Assembly (NCBI GenBank): GCA_003614675.1
Contig: ML002386.1
Span: 1-34,800 of the forward strand
Reading direction: 5' to 3'
From: Dimargaris cristalligena
Taxonomy: Eukaryota
DNA length: 34,800 nucleotides
Shown: positions 33,700 to 34,800 of the stretch, piece by piece
Layout of the letters: every line of letters starts with the position of its first letter
Numbering within the stretch: the first letter of the stretch is position 1
Notes under the pieces: generated by a model
Databases searched by the model: none
Seen by the model: the letters and a program-made list of their open reading frames with translations, nothing else
What the model was told of the DNA's origin: nothing
Made by a program: the position numbers and the translations under genes

Positions 33700-34689
33700 T
33701 CACATAAATAGCTGATATTGGTCAATATTGTTTAGATTTTTATACTGGTGAAAATTATCAGAAAAACAGATTACAAGCTTCAGCTAGGTTTACCACTCTT
33801 AGTCTGTCCATAGTCCCAGAAGATAGGCTTCTGGTACTAATGAAGGGATGGCACAGGGTCTGTGTATATATACATAACAGGGTATATGGAGGCTGATAAA
33901 TAAAGACAATATGTATTTATTAAAATATAATAGTATTAGTTAATGCAAAGACTTATGTTACCCAGGTTATCTACTCTTAGTCTATTAAGAGTCCTGAGGA
34001 TAGGCCTTTAATGGTAGGTGTACTACTATGGGCAGCTAGGCTGAGGCTGTGTAAGTATTGGTACCAGTTGTCAATCCAAGAAGTAGCTATATTATGGATA
34101 AGTTTGAGGTCCCCAAATATTAGTAAGTTCATTATATGGGGACAGTACAGGGCTGAAAGTGTTAGTATATCTATTTATTAAAGCTAATTTTCTTTTCCTT
34201 CAGCTTTACAGTTTATATTTCCATTACAGTTTCTATTAACTATTGATGAGGATATAGGCTATCAAAGTTAATGGTAATTTTGACCCATAATAATTGGCTA
34301 CTTCATATTTCTACCTTTACTATTCTGATAATCCTCTTATAAGTAGTGGCTTGGGAATAACCAGCCATCTAGTGGATTCCTTCTTAGAATTGTGCCATAT
34401 AACCTTTTAGCATGAATTATTTATTTCTGTTATATCAATATATGATATAAAGAGGGCTTAGAAAGACTGTGGTGAACTTACCACATTTTTACTTACTTTT
34501 ATTTTTAATCCATTTCTCACACTTATTGGAAGTACACCCCCTGATGAGTGAATGAGCCCCTGCCCCTGATAAGTATAGTCATTTCTCCTCCATTTTCATT
34601 AGTATAATATTTTTTCCATTAATATATTTTTATACCCTTGACTATGATGTACCCCTGCCCCTGACCAGACTGTATCCCTGCATTCACAC
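33700..34689. mobile_element. CpG-depleted repeat debris with LTR-end fragments
   Basis: Two copies (about 33786-33835 and 33956-34020) of the AGGTT.ACCACTCTTAGTC...AGATAGGC motif, also present at about 28006 and 28286. No CG seen in the interval. Confidence 0.55.
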
Positions 34690-34800
34690 TGTAAAGAACT
34701 GAACTCAAATCCTTGAAAACTGAACTTTATTTAAAAAGATAGATGATAAAAGGAAAAGGTGATGGTAGACTTACTGTTCCAAGAGGTGGCAGTAAGGGGG
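34690..34800 (-). repeat. Right terminal inverted repeat (111 bp)
   Basis: TGTAAAGAAC...AGTAAGGGGG is the reverse complement of 1-111 (105/111 identical). Confidence 0.95.

Noticed and set aside
1-34800. Starship-type giant transposon
   Set aside because: No DUF3435 tyrosine recombinase captain at either end, and the long symmetric terminal repeats do not fit that class.

Overview
Eukaryotic, fungal DNA: GT-AG introns, a velvet gene and a Pcl5-type cyclin. A p31comet-like gene and strongly CpG-depleted repeats point to a non-yeast, probably early-diverging fungus (inference). The core holds four intact spliced genes: a Pcl5/Pas1-like Pho85 cyclin (-), a velvet-domain regulator (-), a Swf1-type DHHC palmitoyltransferase (+) and a MAD2L1BP/p31comet-like HORMA protein (+). 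The window is nearly mirror-symmetric. (i) Bases 1-111 are the reverse complement of 34690-34800 (6 mismatches), and both copies end at the same base at the window edges. (ii) An old inverted duplication of about 4 kb (about 1860-5800 vs about 29450-33650) flanks the core. Each arm carries an outward-pointing secreted-protein gene (intact on the right, pseudogene on the left) and a divergent decayed second gene. The intact secreted protein has an acidic tract plus IFYDAKS (FFAT-like) motif and two Trp/Phe/Arg-rich C-terminal segments, consistent with a host-cytoplasm effector. CpG-poor LTR-like debris lies at both ends and at about 28-29 kb. No transposase, integrase or recombinase ORF was recognised.
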